The translations under genes were made by a program, and so were the position numbers. From NCBI GenBank assembly GCA_036517255.1, contig DATDXE010000006.1:8023-72022 (forward strand): DNA of 64,000 nt. Direction: 5' to 3'. Under the pieces are notes generated by a model, which saw only the letters and a list, made by a program, of their open reading frames with translations, did not search any database and was not told the DNA's origin. Below are positions 48,409 to 58,126 of the stretch, one piece after another. Within the stretch, counting starts at the first letter, position 1; every line of letters starts with the position of its first letter. This stretch comes from Minisyncoccota bacterium (GTDB taxonomy: Bacteria > Patescibacteriota > Minisyncoccia > Phycocordibacterales > WO2-35-19).

Positions 48409-48942
48409 CTAGAAGAAATATTCCCTGAATTTGACGAGGATGATAAGAATAATAAGCAAATACCATCCTGCCAAAAAGGCGGGCTTGTTTTTTGATACTA
48501 AAGAATTTGGATAGAAATTAGAAATAGTAAAAATAAAGATTGGCCATATAGCTGCCCAGGTGATCATGCAGTAAAGACAGAGGTTGCCGATAACGAAGAT
48601 ACTTTGAATGATCAGCCAGTGAATGAAAATTGTGGCGAGAGTCATGCCGATAGTAAATATTTTCCAGAATCTTCTGTCAGGTATCGCTCCGAAAAGCGAA
48701 AGTAAACCAATTGTGATGATGGCCGAGAAACCAGCGATACCCATAATCGGATTAGGGAAACCAAAAACTTTTGATTGAGAACTAGTATTTATGGAAGTGC
48801 AGCTGACAAAGGGTGATAAGTTGCAGGGCAAATCTATGCCTGGATCCTGCGCAAGCTTCACTGTATCCCACATAAGTTGGGAGGAAGCTAAGAGCCCGAC
48901 TACACCGAAAACGATTAATATGTAGGCAAAAGATTTTTGCAT
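48409..48942 (-). CDS. Vitamin K epoxide reductase (VKOR) family protein, a functional analogue of DsbB
   Basis: Polytopic membrane protein with a loop Cys pair (CNLSPFVSC) and a TM CxxC (CLYC). Confidence 0.65.
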   Translation of the reverse strand: MQKSFAYILIVFGVVGLLASSQLMWDTVKLAQDPGIDLPCNLSPFVSCTSINTSSQSKVFGFPNPIMGIAGFSAIITIGLLSLFGAIPDRRFWKIFTIGMTLATIFIHWLIIQSIFVIGNLCLYCMITWAAIWPIFIFTISNFYPNSLVSKNKPAFLAGWYLLIILIILVKFREYFF

Positions 48943-49557
48943 TTAGTTTCTATTCTTAAGAGCATTTTTAAGAGTTTCAGGATCAGTATACTCGAGTTCA
49001 GTACCAGTGGAAAGGCCTTTACCCAAATGAGAGATTTTTATTTTATTTTCGGCACTCAATTTTTCTAATGATTTTATAACAAATTCAGCAGTATTTTCTC
49101 CCTCCGGATTTGCATTTACCCCTAATATAACTTCTTTAATTAAATCTTTACTTTTTTCCATCTTTTCTTCCAGTTCTTGTACTCTGATTCTTTTTTCTGG
49201 TTCTTTTTCCAGAATCGGTACACTACCACCTAATACAAAATAAGTTCCATTGAATACCCCGTTCCGTTCTACCGATTCAAGGTCAATATCCCGCTGGACT
49301 AGCATTAAGATACTTCTGTCTCTATTGCCATCAGCACAAATATCACAAAGTTCGGCTTTGCCATGACGTTTCTCAAAAAACCTCCTGCAATCAAGGCACT
49401 GACTGACCTCGTTTTTGAGTGCCGAAATATAGCCAGCCAATTCACTCATAGTAGAAGGTGAGCGAGTAAGTAAGTAGTATACGAATCTCCTCGCTTGTCT
49501 CGGCCCTATTCCAGGGAAATGAGTGAATATTTCTGTGAGCTTCTGTATTGCGTTCAT
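48943..49557 (-). CDS. recR: Recombination protein RecR
   Basis: HhH domain (FPGIGPRQARR), a C4 zinc finger and a Toprim domain. Confidence 0.9.
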   Translation of the reverse strand: MNAIQKLTEIFTHFPGIGPRQARRFVYYLLTRSPSTMSELAGYISALKNEVSQCLDCRRFFEKRHGKAELCDICADGNRDRSILMLVQRDIDLESVERNGVFNGTYFVLGGSVPILEKEPEKRIRVQELEEKMEKSKDLIKEVILGVNANPEGENTAEFVIKSLEKLSAENKIKISHLGKGLSTGTELEYTDPETLKNALKNRN

Positions 49558-49576
49558 TCAGGATAATCAGATTAAT

Positions 49577-51022
49577 TTAGAAATTTCGAAACTCTCCTTC
49601 TATTCCTCCAAATTCACCTTTATCAAGTGATTGGAAAGTAGCCTTCTTTTCATTGAAATAAAGTTCTACTTTACCGGTTTCGCCGTTGCGATGTTTCTCG
49701 ATCAGGATTTCGGCGATGTTAGTTTTTTCCGCATCATCTTTCATTTTATCTTCTCTATGTATGAACATGACCACGTCAGCATCCTGTTCGATGGATCCCG
49801 AGTCGCGTAAGTGATGAAGTTTCGGTTTCTCACCCGACTGGGCGGCCGCACGCGAAAGCTGGGAGAGGGCGATGACAGGAATATCGAGATCACGAGCAAG
49901 GTTCTTTAGCGAGCGCGAAATTTCTGTCACTTGCTGTACCATATTGTCACTATTTCTTGTTTGAGTTGGCATCATGAGCTGTAAGTAATCGACTATGAGC
50001 ATTCCTAAACCTTTTTCACTTTTAAGTCTCCTTGCTACAGCTCTCATTTTCAAAATATTATTTCCTGGCTGGTCGTCGATATAGATAGGTGCTTTGGAAA
50101 GTTCATCCATAGCATGCCTGATAGAGGTAAAGTCATCTTCTTTTAATAATTTTCCCGTGCGTAACATCCAAGAATTTACATTTGCTTGAGCGGCAAGCAT
50201 ACGATCGACGAGTTGCTGAGAGGACATTTCAAGAGAGAAAATGCCTACTGGTACTTGGTGTAGTACGGCGGCTTGGCGGGCAATATCAAGAGCCAGAGAG
50301 GTTTTACCCATTGAAGGACGAGCGGCAATAATAACAAGATCGGACTTTTGAAAGCCAGAAAGTTTGTTGTCGAGATCTTTAAAACCGGAAGGCACTCCAC
50401 GCAAACCATCAGTCGAATTGTGCAATCGATCGAGTCTTTCCCAGGCTTCATCAAGCTCACCTTTTAGCTCTACGAATTTGTGAATACTGCCGACATCGGC
50501 TACTTCGAAGACGCGCTTCTGTGCTTGATCGAGAATTTCATCTATCTCTTGTTCTTCGTCGAAACCAAGATTAGAAATATGGTCAGCGGCAGAAATAAGA
50601 TTGCGAGCCAGACTCTTTTTCTGAATAATAGCGGCATAGTATTGAGCGTTTGCGGCGCTAGGAACTGAATTTACTAAGTCTGCCAGATAAGAGTTACCAC
50701 CGATTTCTTCAAGTTCACTTTTTTCTGCTAGCCTCGAAGCTACAGTGAGCATGTCGGTAGGAGAGCGTTTGGTAAAAAGGTCGAGCATCGAAGCATATAT
50801 AATGCGATGCTTGGTTGAATAAAATGATTCCGGTTTTAAAACTTCCATCACCTCATACATCGCGTCAGGGCGAAGCATAATAGAACCAAGGAGAGCTCTC
50901 TCGGCTTCAAGATTGTGAGGTGGTATACGCAAACCACTTCCCAAAATAACACTGTTGCCAGCCTTCACTCCCGATTTCACTCCATCCTTATATTTATTTT
51001 TCTTAAACTCGCTCTGATCCAT
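49577..51022 (-). CDS. dnaB: Replicative DNA helicase DnaB
   Basis: N-terminal domain (AERALLGSIML) followed by a RecA-like domain with Walker A (GKT). Confidence 0.9.
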   Translation of the reverse strand: MDQSEFKKNKYKDGVKSGVKAGNSVILGSGLRIPPHNLEAERALLGSIMLRPDAMYEVMEVLKPESFYSTKHRIIYASMLDLFTKRSPTDMLTVASRLAEKSELEEIGGNSYLADLVNSVPSAANAQYYAAIIQKKSLARNLISAADHISNLGFDEEQEIDEILDQAQKRVFEVADVGSIHKFVELKGELDEAWERLDRLHNSTDGLRGVPSGFKDLDNKLSGFQKSDLVIIAARPSMGKTSLALDIARQAAVLHQVPVGIFSLEMSSQQLVDRMLAAQANVNSWMLRTGKLLKEDDFTSIRHAMDELSKAPIYIDDQPGNNILKMRAVARRLKSEKGLGMLIVDYLQLMMPTQTRNSDNMVQQVTEISRSLKNLARDLDIPVIALSQLSRAAAQSGEKPKLHHLRDSGSIEQDADVVMFIHREDKMKDDAEKTNIAEILIEKHRNGETGKVELYFNEKKATFQSLDKGEFGGIEGEFRNF

Positions 51023-51097
51023 GAGCCCATTTTATCATAGTCGCAAATCTGTTTTTACATCCAAAACCATCGAAACTGTGTCTAAACTGTGTACTAG

Positions 51098-51106
51098 TGT
51101 GGATAT
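51098..51106 (-). promoter_or_regulatory. DnaA-box-like 9-mer (aTATCCACA) between dnaB and the helicase-nuclease gene
   Basis: TGTGGATAT sits 15 nt upstream of the ATG at 51121; preceded by direct repeats AAACTGTGT x2. Confidence 0.35.
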
Positions 51107-51120
51107 GCTAAAATCCTCTT

Positions 51121-54075
51121 ATGGAAGTAGGGACTAACGAGTTTAAGGAGGCTTATAAGAAGCTCAATAAAGAGCAGAGGGAGGCTGTGGATACGATCGA
51201 TGGGCCTGTCATGGTCATAGCTGGTCCAGGGACGGGGAAGACTACCATTTTGACTCTGCGTATTGCTAATATTTTACGGCTGACTGATACCCCAGCAAAC
51301 GGCATTCTGGCCATCACTTATACTGACGCTGGAGTGAAAGCTATGAGAAGTAAGCTTTATGAAATAATCGGTAACCGCGCCCACGATGTACGCATCCATA
51401 CTTTCCACAGTTTCGCTTCTTCGGTGATAGCCGAATATCCCGATCATTTTATTCATATCAGCGATCGGAAACAACTGACTGATATCGAACAAGAATCGAT
51501 TATTATTTCTATTTTAGAAAATTCAAAATTCAAAAAACTTCGGCCGACGGGGAGACCTGATGCTTATTTATACGGAATAACAAAAGCGATAGAAGAGGCT
51601 AAGCGAGAAGCGCTTACTCCAAGAGATGTCGTAAAGTACGCGAAGGAAGAGATAGAGAGAATAAAAAATGATGAAGGCTCCATTTCCACTCGCGGAGTAA
51701 GTAAAGGAAAATTTAAGGCCGAAGCCGAAGAATTTATCGAAAAATGTGAACGGACGATACTTTTTGCTGATGTTTACGCAGAGTATGAAGAAAAGAAAGT
51801 GAAAGAGAGGAAAATGGATTTTAGTGACCTTATTATCGAACTTCTAGTAGCCCTTAGGAAAGATGAGTTGCTCCTGCGCTTAATTCAAGAAAGATTTTTA
51901 TACATCCATGTCGATGAACATCAGGATACCAACGATGCTCAAAATTTGATTATCGCTCTCATTGCTGAATTTTTCGAAACGCCAAACATTTTTATTGTTG
52001 GCGACGAAAAGCAGGCCATCTATCGCTTTCAGGGAGCTTCGGTCGAAAACTTTTTACTACTCCAAAAACGCTGGAAGAAAATGAAAGTAATTTCCCTTGA
52101 TACCAATTACAGGTCGCATCAAAGTATCCTGGACGCAAGCTTCTCGATGGTCGAAAATAATTATGAAGAGGATGAATATAAAGATTTGAGAGTTTACTTA
52201 AATTCTAAAAGTGGTGAGGAGGCTCGGCCGATCGATATCGTCAGAAGTGAGAATTCAGAAGGTATCGAAAAATATTTGGTACAGGAAATAAAAAGAATAA
52301 GTAAAGAAGAAGCCACTGCATCAATCGCGATAATCGTGAGGAGAAACAGGGATTTGGACAAAGTAATACGCCTACTTGAAAGCGAGGGTATAAGTGTTAC
52401 TTCCGAACGAAGTATCGATATTTTTAATCACCCAGTCGGTCGACTCTTTTTTGATTTGATAGAGTACCTCTCCGATCCTAGCCACACCGAAGCTCTTGCA
52501 AAAACAGTTATTGCTGGGATGTGGAATATGCATTTTGAAAGTGGAGTAAAACTCATCCGCTCGCTCAAGAGTGGTTTAAAAATTGACTTGAAGAAAGTCC
52601 TCCCCAATTTAAATTTTATTCAATCAAAACTCCTGGACGATTCGCCGGCCGGTTTTATTATCCACATAGCAGAAAAATCGGGTTTTATCGAACTTGTGGC
52701 TAAAGACCCTTCATATGTACATGTTTGGCGGGGAATTACTGCTCTTTCAGAATCATTGGTTCGAGAAAATGATTTAAAGGACCCAGGTTCTCTTTTAAAA
52801 TTGATGCTCTCTTACCGTGCTTCGGCCGAGTCGCGACCAGTGAAAGTAACAGTCGGTGCACCTGACGTACCAATAAAAGCGATGACAGCTCATGGGAGTA
52901 AAGGTCAAGAATTTGATTATGTTTTTATTCCTTACGCCACGGAGGAAGCTTGGATAGGTAAAAGCAGAGGCTCTTCTTTTGTCTTACCCAAAAAACAAAC
53001 TGGAGATAATGATATCCGTGATTTACGAAGACTTTTCTATGTCGCTCTGACTCGAGGAAAGAAGCATGTTGCTATTTTAGTACCTAGTGAGGAATCGGAT
53101 GGAAAAATACTCTCACCCATACGTTTTATCGAAGAGTTAGATAAAAAACACACTAAAGAAATTGTTTTAAAAAGAAGCGATACAGAAATACCTAAGATAG
53201 AGACAGGGTTAAAAAACGAAAACAATAATAGAGTAGGTAATTTGAAATTTGTTGATTTAGCTAAACATGTTTTGTTAGAAAAAGGTTTGTCCGTAACTGC
53301 TCTTAATCATTTTATAAAGTGTCCGAATGAGTTCCTTTATCAAAGTGTTTTGAAAATGCCCCAAGCCCCAAGTACTTCAGCTGAAAAAGGATCGGCTATG
53401 CACGAAGCCATATCAAAAGTGTGGAAATTGGAAGATAGAAATAATAAAAATATTGCCAAAAAAATTGAGAGCACTTTGAAAGAAGCTACTCTGGAATACC
53501 TAGAAAATTCTCTCTTGCCGGTTCTAGAAAAAGAAGCTTTGAAAAAAGAACTGTTAGAGGATTTACCGCTCGTCGCTCTGGCTTTGACCAAACATTTCAG
53601 CTTGGAAGGCGATATTTTTACCGAACATTGGGTAGAAGGAGTTTTTGAAGGAAACTATGCTGAGAAACAAATTCATATTCCACTCCACGGAAAGCTGGAC
53701 ACTATAGTAGATAATGAAAAAGAAGTTTGTGTTTTTGATTACAAAACCAGACAGGCCATGTCAGAAGCGGCGATAAGGGGCGAAACAAAAAATACTGATG
53801 GAAATTATTTTCGACAATTAGTTTTTTATAAAATTTTGCTTAGTCAAAGCTCTAAATGGCGAGAAAAAAAGGTTACCCCATCGCTTGTTTTCATTTCACC
53901 TGATTCAAAAGGTAGGTGTCCTACCATAACTTTACCGGTTACAGAAAGTGATATCAAAAAAACAAAAGAGATGATCCAATCACTCATTGATTCAGTTTGG
54001 AGTGGAAAAATCGGCACCGAAAAATGTACTGCTAAGGATTGCGAGTGGTGTGGGTATAGGAAGTTGTTAGACTGA
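51121..54075 (+). CDS. Single-chain UvrD/PcrA-type helicase fused to a C-terminal PD-(D/E)XK (RecB/Cas4-like) nuclease with Cys cluster ligands
   Basis: N-terminal AGPGTGKTT and the other helicase motifs. C-terminal FDYKT, QLVFYK and CTAKDCEWCGY. Confidence 0.75.
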   Translation: MEVGTNEFKEAYKKLNKEQREAVDTIDGPVMVIAGPGTGKTTILTLRIANILRLTDTPANGILAITYTDAGVKAMRSKLYEIIGNRAHDVRIHTFHSFASSVIAEYPDHFIHISDRKQLTDIEQESIIISILENSKFKKLRPTGRPDAYLYGITKAIEEAKREALTPRDVVKYAKEEIERIKNDEGSISTRGVSKGKFKAEAEEFIEKCERTILFADVYAEYEEKKVKERKMDFSDLIIELLVALRKDELLLRLIQERFLYIHVDEHQDTNDAQNLIIALIAEFFETPNIFIVGDEKQAIYRFQGASVENFLLLQKRWKKMKVISLDTNYRSHQSILDASFSMVENNYEEDEYKDLRVYLNSKSGEEARPIDIVRSENSEGIEKYLVQEIKRISKEEATASIAIIVRRNRDLDKVIRLLESEGISVTSERSIDIFNHPVGRLFFDLIEYLSDPSHTEALAKTVIAGMWNMHFESGVKLIRSLKSGLKIDLKKVLPNLNFIQSKLLDDSPAGFIIHIAEKSGFIELVAKDPSYVHVWRGITALSESLVRENDLKDPGSLLKLMLSYRASAESRPVKVTVGAPDVPIKAMTAHGSKGQEFDYVFIPYATEEAWIGKSRGSSFVLPKKQTGDNDIRDLRRLFYVALTRGKKHVAILVPSEESDGKILSPIRFIEELDKKHTKEIVLKRSDTEIPKIETGLKNENNNRVGNLKFVDLAKHVLLEKGLSVTALNHFIKCPNEFLYQSVLKMPQAPSTSAEKGSAMHEAISKVWKLEDRNNKNIAKKIESTLKEATLEYLENSLLPVLEKEALKKELLEDLPLVALALTKHFSLEGDIFTEHWVEGVFEGNYAEKQIHIPLHGKLDTIVDNEKEVCVFDYKTRQAMSEAAIRGETKNTDGNYFRQLVFYKILLSQSSKWREKKVTPSLVFISPDSKGRCPTITLPVTESDIKKTKEMIQSLIDSVWSGKIGTEKCTAKDCEWCGYRKLLD

Positions 54076-54103
54076 ATGAAATAGAGTGAGGTATAATTAA
54101 TGC

Positions 54104-54688
54104 ATGAAGAAAATTTTAGTACTGGTGGGACACCCTGATAACGAAAGTTTTAATGTAAAGCTCGCGGATACTTACGCTGAAGGAGCAAGAAGTAAGGGTG
54201 CGGAAGTGAGGAGGGTGAATTTGGCTGATTTAAAATTTGATCCGATCTTGCATCAAGGATATAAAGTCATACAGGAACTTGAGCCTGACTTAGTAAAACT
54301 GCAGGAAGATATAAAGTGGTGCGACCACTTTGTAATAATCTATCCATCGTGGTGGTCGACTATGCCAGCCCTCCTTAAAGGCCTGTTTGACCGGATGTGG
54401 TTGCCAGGATTTGCCTATAAATTTAAAAAAGATGGTTTTGGTTGTGGTTTTATATGGACGAAGTTGCTGAAAGGCCGGACAGCTCGTGTATTTGTCACCT
54501 CCGATTCACCGGCATTCTTAACTAGAATTATTTTTGGCGATACCACTAATGAAATAAGAAAAGGTATCCTTTGGTTTGCCGGTTTCCACCCCTCCATCAA
54601 AAAAATCGGTGGCCTTAAAAATGCTTCCAACTCCAAAAAACAAAGAATCCTCAATCAAATGAAGTTGTGGGGTAGGGGGTGGTATTAG
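54104..54688 (+). CDS. Flavodoxin-like NAD(P)H-dependent oxidoreductase (Flavodoxin_2/NQO-like)
   Basis: KILVLVGHPDNESFN...IIYPSWWSTMPALLKGLFDR. Confidence 0.7.
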   Translation: MKKILVLVGHPDNESFNVKLADTYAEGARSKGAEVRRVNLADLKFDPILHQGYKVIQELEPDLVKLQEDIKWCDHFVIIYPSWWSTMPALLKGLFDRMWLPGFAYKFKKDGFGCGFIWTKLLKGRTARVFVTSDSPAFLTRIIFGDTTNEIRKGILWFAGFHPSIKKIGGLKNASNSKKQRILNQMKLWGRGWY

Positions 54689-55107
54689 ATATTGTCTAAA
54701 GGATAGCAACTAGCTTTCAGAAGCTTTAAAATTCCTGCTACGGTTTCTTTCTGGGCAATATCAGGGGAAAATTTTATCCACTCTATAAGAGCATAGAACT
54801 CTTTGTGATTTAGTTCTATCCAAAATCCTCTCTCATACAGGAATAATAAGAAAGCAATGCAGGCGAATCTATCCCTCTTTGAATTTGATATATGCCTATG
54901 AAGTAACTCGTAGAGCAATACGGCGGCTTTTTCCAGAGTAGTGTGGGGGATAGGGCCTCTACTCTTTTGTTTTAGATTAATACTATGGGCACACTTCTCG
55001 ATCTCTTTCGGTTGTAAGTCTGACAGTTCAGCTCCAAAAAGTAGTTTATATCTTCCCAAGATATCGTTACATACATAAGTATATACCTTTAAAAAGTCGG
55101 TCTGCAT
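54685..55107 (-). CDS. Fic/Doc-like protein with a degenerate catalytic motif (putative toxin)
   Basis: AAVLLYELLHRHISNSKRDRFACIAFLLFL aligns to the Fic/Doc helix-motif region; KR is retained. Confidence 0.35.
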   Translation of the reverse strand: MQTDFLKVYTYVCNDILGRYKLLFGAELSDLQPKEIEKCAHSINLKQKSRGPIPHTTLEKAAVLLYELLHRHISNSKRDRFACIAFLLFLYERGFWIELNHKEFYALIEWIKFSPDIAQKETVAGILKLLKASCYPLDNI

Positions 55108-55108
55108 T

Positions 55109-55360
55109 TTAATTAAGTGACTTTATAAGCTCTGAATAATCTGTCGCTAGAAGATTTGAAAACTGACGAAGTTGGGCTTCACGTGAAGGAGGAACAAAAG
55201 AAGGTTTCTGTACGCGCTCTATCTCCATAACCGGTATAAGGTAGCTACGACCAAACCTTCTAGCCTTTAGATTGCCTGATTTGATCCAGTTAAAAACAGT
55301 TACTCTGGTTATCTTGAGTATTTCTGCTGTTTCGGTTGTTGAATAGTATCTATTTAACAT
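55109..55360 (-). CDS. HTH_17/excisionase(AlpA)-type DNA-binding protein (putative antitoxin or regulator)
   Basis: TTETAEILKITRVTVFNWIKSGNLKARRFGRSYLIP. Lies 1 nt upstream of the Fic/Doc-like gene. Confidence 0.55.
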   Translation of the reverse strand: MLNRYYSTTETAEILKITRVTVFNWIKSGNLKARRFGRSYLIPVMEIERVQKPSFVPPSREAQLRQFSNLLATDYSELIKSLN

Positions 55361-55432
55361 CTTTTTAATTCTAGACTTAACTAAAGATAAGTCTACTGTA
55401 CAAATATAGTTAAATCAATTTGACAAGACTTT

Positions 55433-57826
55433 TTGGCACGATTAAGATGCTGGGATATGAACATCCAAATAAACCAGCCCTACAATTTTTCTGAAAATTC
55501 ACTGGCGAAAGGAAAGGTACTCATTATTGCAGTCGGAGGAGCAGGCATACCTAAAAAGCACGAGAATTTAAATGAAAACCTAAAAGAGGGACTGCTTATG
55601 GTGCCGTATCTCTCTGACTGTGCAGCTCGAATCGACTATATTTCACTGGCGCAGAAAGATAGTGCAGACCTTACACCAAGCGAGGTGGGCAGTATCGCAA
55701 GCACCATTCATCGTTATCAAAACACTTACGACGGATTTGTAGTTATCGCTGGTACTGACACTATGCCTTTCACCGCATCCGCCACAGCGTATGCTCTGCG
55801 TGGTATGGGAACACCTATTTTATTTATCGGCTCGACGCTAAACGTGGAGGAGTGGGATACTGATTTCCGATTGAACCTGCCCAATGCTATCAAAGTAGCT
55901 ACCATGGGTGCCACTGATGTAAATGCCCCGAGCTTCGGGGAAGTCGGTATACTTTTTGATGACAGCCTCTCAAGAGCAGTGGCTACGGTAAATAGAGGTA
56001 CCCGTTCAAACAACCCTATGATCACTCCTCGAGTACCGAAACTTGGTGATGTGGGTTGGACTATAAAACTTGAGTCTATGGCTAAGCCTCGTCGCCCTTC
56101 ACAGCTCAACTTTTCTTTGAACAATAATGAAAATTTAGCTTACTTTGATTTAGTTTCAGAGACTCACTTGAGCACTTTCAGTAACCTTGTGGAAGATAAA
56201 TTTATTCAAGGAATTGTGATCGGCGCTTTCGGAGCTGGCAATGTACCATCAAAGATGATTCCTCTTATATACAGAGCTGTGTATGAAAAGGGTAAAGCAG
56301 TAGCTGTAATCACCAACAATAAGAAAGGCAGTTCTGACATGGGCCTTTATGATGTAGGCGCTGCTGCCGTGAGAGCAGGAGCAATATCGCTAGGGCCAAT
56401 GACCAAGCCAGCAGCGATCGAAAAAATGCGATATGCCTTGAATAATGCCCAAGGAGAAGAGAAATTAGAATTCTTACAAGACGTAGCCCGCCTATTACTT
56501 ACTTCAGTGGCGGAAGAGATACCGGAAGGATTTTCTCGTAATGCTGTAAATCAAATCCGCGATAGATTCAGGAATTTACCGGCTTCTCTTGAATCGTTCT
56601 TCAAACCAAATAAATTTGTCTCACCTCGTTATCAGGTCCAAAATTATTGCAAGTCTAAAAATTCCAAGAAAAAAGTACTAGTCATAAGTATGGGGGGCAC
56701 CTTCTATATGGAGGTAAACGCCGCCGGCTCTCTCGCCCCTACTCGCAGACCTCTCGGCGACCTGTTAAATATGAAGTTTAAAAATTTAGAGAGACTTACT
56801 TCCTTGGATTATATCGAATTATTCAATCTTGATAGTTCCGACGTAGAACATCCTCATCGGGCAGAACTTGCCCAAGTAATTTCAAAGCATATAAATGATT
56901 ACGATGGGGTAGTAGTGCTGCATGGCACAGACACCATGGCCTACACGGCCTCGGCTCTTTCATTTATGCTCATTGGTCTTGAAAAAGACGTCATACTGAC
57001 TGGAGCTCAGAAACCAGGTTATAGTTCATCAGACTTTGATCGTAACTTTATAAAATCTATTAAGGCTATATTTGCAAGACTTGAAAAGCCTAAGAATCAG
57101 AGAATATCAGCTGGAGTGAAAATAGCCTTCGGGGATAAACTTATGAATGGTTCGACTGTGATCAAAGAGGACGAACATGGTATCAACGCTTTTGCTCCGA
57201 TGGAGAAACATCCTCTTGCCGGTAAATTAAGTATGGTGACTGACCTATATGACATCTATAAAAATTTGAAGAAAAGGGACTTCTCACTTTTTACTAGCTT
57301 TGACAAAAATGTAGCTTATTTCGAATGTATCAACGGCATAAATGTGAAGCAATTTGAAAGTGTCGTCGAAGATCCAAATGCTAGCGCTATTCTTATCGGC
57401 GGCTACGATGGAGGCAATATGCCGACACAGTTCAAATATTACATCGCGACAGCAGTCAATTCTTACAATAAACCAATCGCTTTCATTTCACACAGCGATA
57501 ATGGCTTTGCCGATATAACTACAGAAGGCAGAATAGGAGACTTTATAAAATCAGGTGGTATAGCGTTGGGTGACATGATCAAAGAGGCGGCTTATCAAAA
57601 ACTTTGTTTCGCTATGGGTATTGCGAAGGATGCCAAGATCGAAGGGCGAGATAAAATAGAATTCGTCCGAAAAATAATGCACACCAACTTCACCGGCGAA
57701 ATTTCCGACAACTTTTGTGCAAAGGGCGACCTCATATATAAAGGTTTATTTTCAGATAAAACCTTTTCAAGCGACGATATCGAAAAAGCAATCAAAAATT
57801 CCACTAAGAAAACAAAAAACAACTAA
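55433..57826 (+). CDS. Tandem-duplicated type I (AnsA-like) asparaginase/glutaminase-domain protein (TTG start in the track; the ATG at 55457 may be the true start)
   Basis: Two copies of the asparaginase core: YDGFVVIAGTDTMPFTASATAYAL and YDGVVVLHGTDTMAYTASALSFML. The TGGT threonine positions read AVGGAG in copy 1 and SMGGTF in copy 2. Confidence 0.7.
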   Translation: MARLRCWDMNIQINQPYNFSENSLAKGKVLIIAVGGAGIPKKHENLNENLKEGLLMVPYLSDCAARIDYISLAQKDSADLTPSEVGSIASTIHRYQNTYDGFVVIAGTDTMPFTASATAYALRGMGTPILFIGSTLNVEEWDTDFRLNLPNAIKVATMGATDVNAPSFGEVGILFDDSLSRAVATVNRGTRSNNPMITPRVPKLGDVGWTIKLESMAKPRRPSQLNFSLNNNENLAYFDLVSETHLSTFSNLVEDKFIQGIVIGAFGAGNVPSKMIPLIYRAVYEKGKAVAVITNNKKGSSDMGLYDVGAAAVRAGAISLGPMTKPAAIEKMRYALNNAQGEEKLEFLQDVARLLLTSVAEEIPEGFSRNAVNQIRDRFRNLPASLESFFKPNKFVSPRYQVQNYCKSKNSKKKVLVISMGGTFYMEVNAAGSLAPTRRPLGDLLNMKFKNLERLTSLDYIELFNLDSSDVEHPHRAELAQVISKHINDYDGVVVLHGTDTMAYTASALSFMLIGLEKDVILTGAQKPGYSSSDFDRNFIKSIKAIFARLEKPKNQRISAGVKIAFGDKLMNGSTVIKEDEHGINAFAPMEKHPLAGKLSMVTDLYDIYKNLKKRDFSLFTSFDKNVAYFECINGINVKQFESVVEDPNASAILIGGYDGGNMPTQFKYYIATAVNSYNKPIAFISHSDNGFADITTEGRIGDFIKSGGIALGDMIKEAAYQKLCFAMGIAKDAKIEGRDKIEFVRKIMHTNFTGEISDNFCAKGDLIYKGLFSDKTFSSDDIEKAIKNSTKKTKNN

Positions 57827-57892
57827 TTTGTAAGTTTTCGCATTAGCTTTCCTTTTTATTCTGTTGTAGAGTATTAAAAGGAGTACACCACC

Positions 57893-58111
57893 ATGTATCG
57901 AAGGTTCGAATACCCCGCTTCGTTTATTGGGAAGGTGAAGGAAGCCTTTCCCGAAAATACTGACATCCACGCACAACTGGACAATGGCGGAAGGTTCAGT
58001 GTCGAGCTTTTCCTGCAAGAAAGCGATCGAAAAGATCTCTTCGCCGAGCTTCAAGCACTCTTGCTCGAACAGAAGATATCGCCAGTTTCGGTCGGGTCTA
58101 TCGGCTGCTAA
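57893..58111 (+). CDS. GC-rich 72-aa hypothetical protein
   Basis: AAAGGAG sits 9 nt upstream of the ATG, and a strong terminator follows. Confidence 0.4.
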   Translation: MYRRFEYPASFIGKVKEAFPENTDIHAQLDNGGRFSVELFLQESDRKDLFAELQALLLEQKISPVSVGSIGC

Positions 58112-58126
58112 TGCTGGAAGTGGCCT

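Noticed and set aside
48462-48492. Terminator for rplU inside the 3' end of the VKOR-like gene
   Set aside because: The stem is imperfect (CCTGCC / GGCGGG with mismatches). It is plausible but too weak to call.
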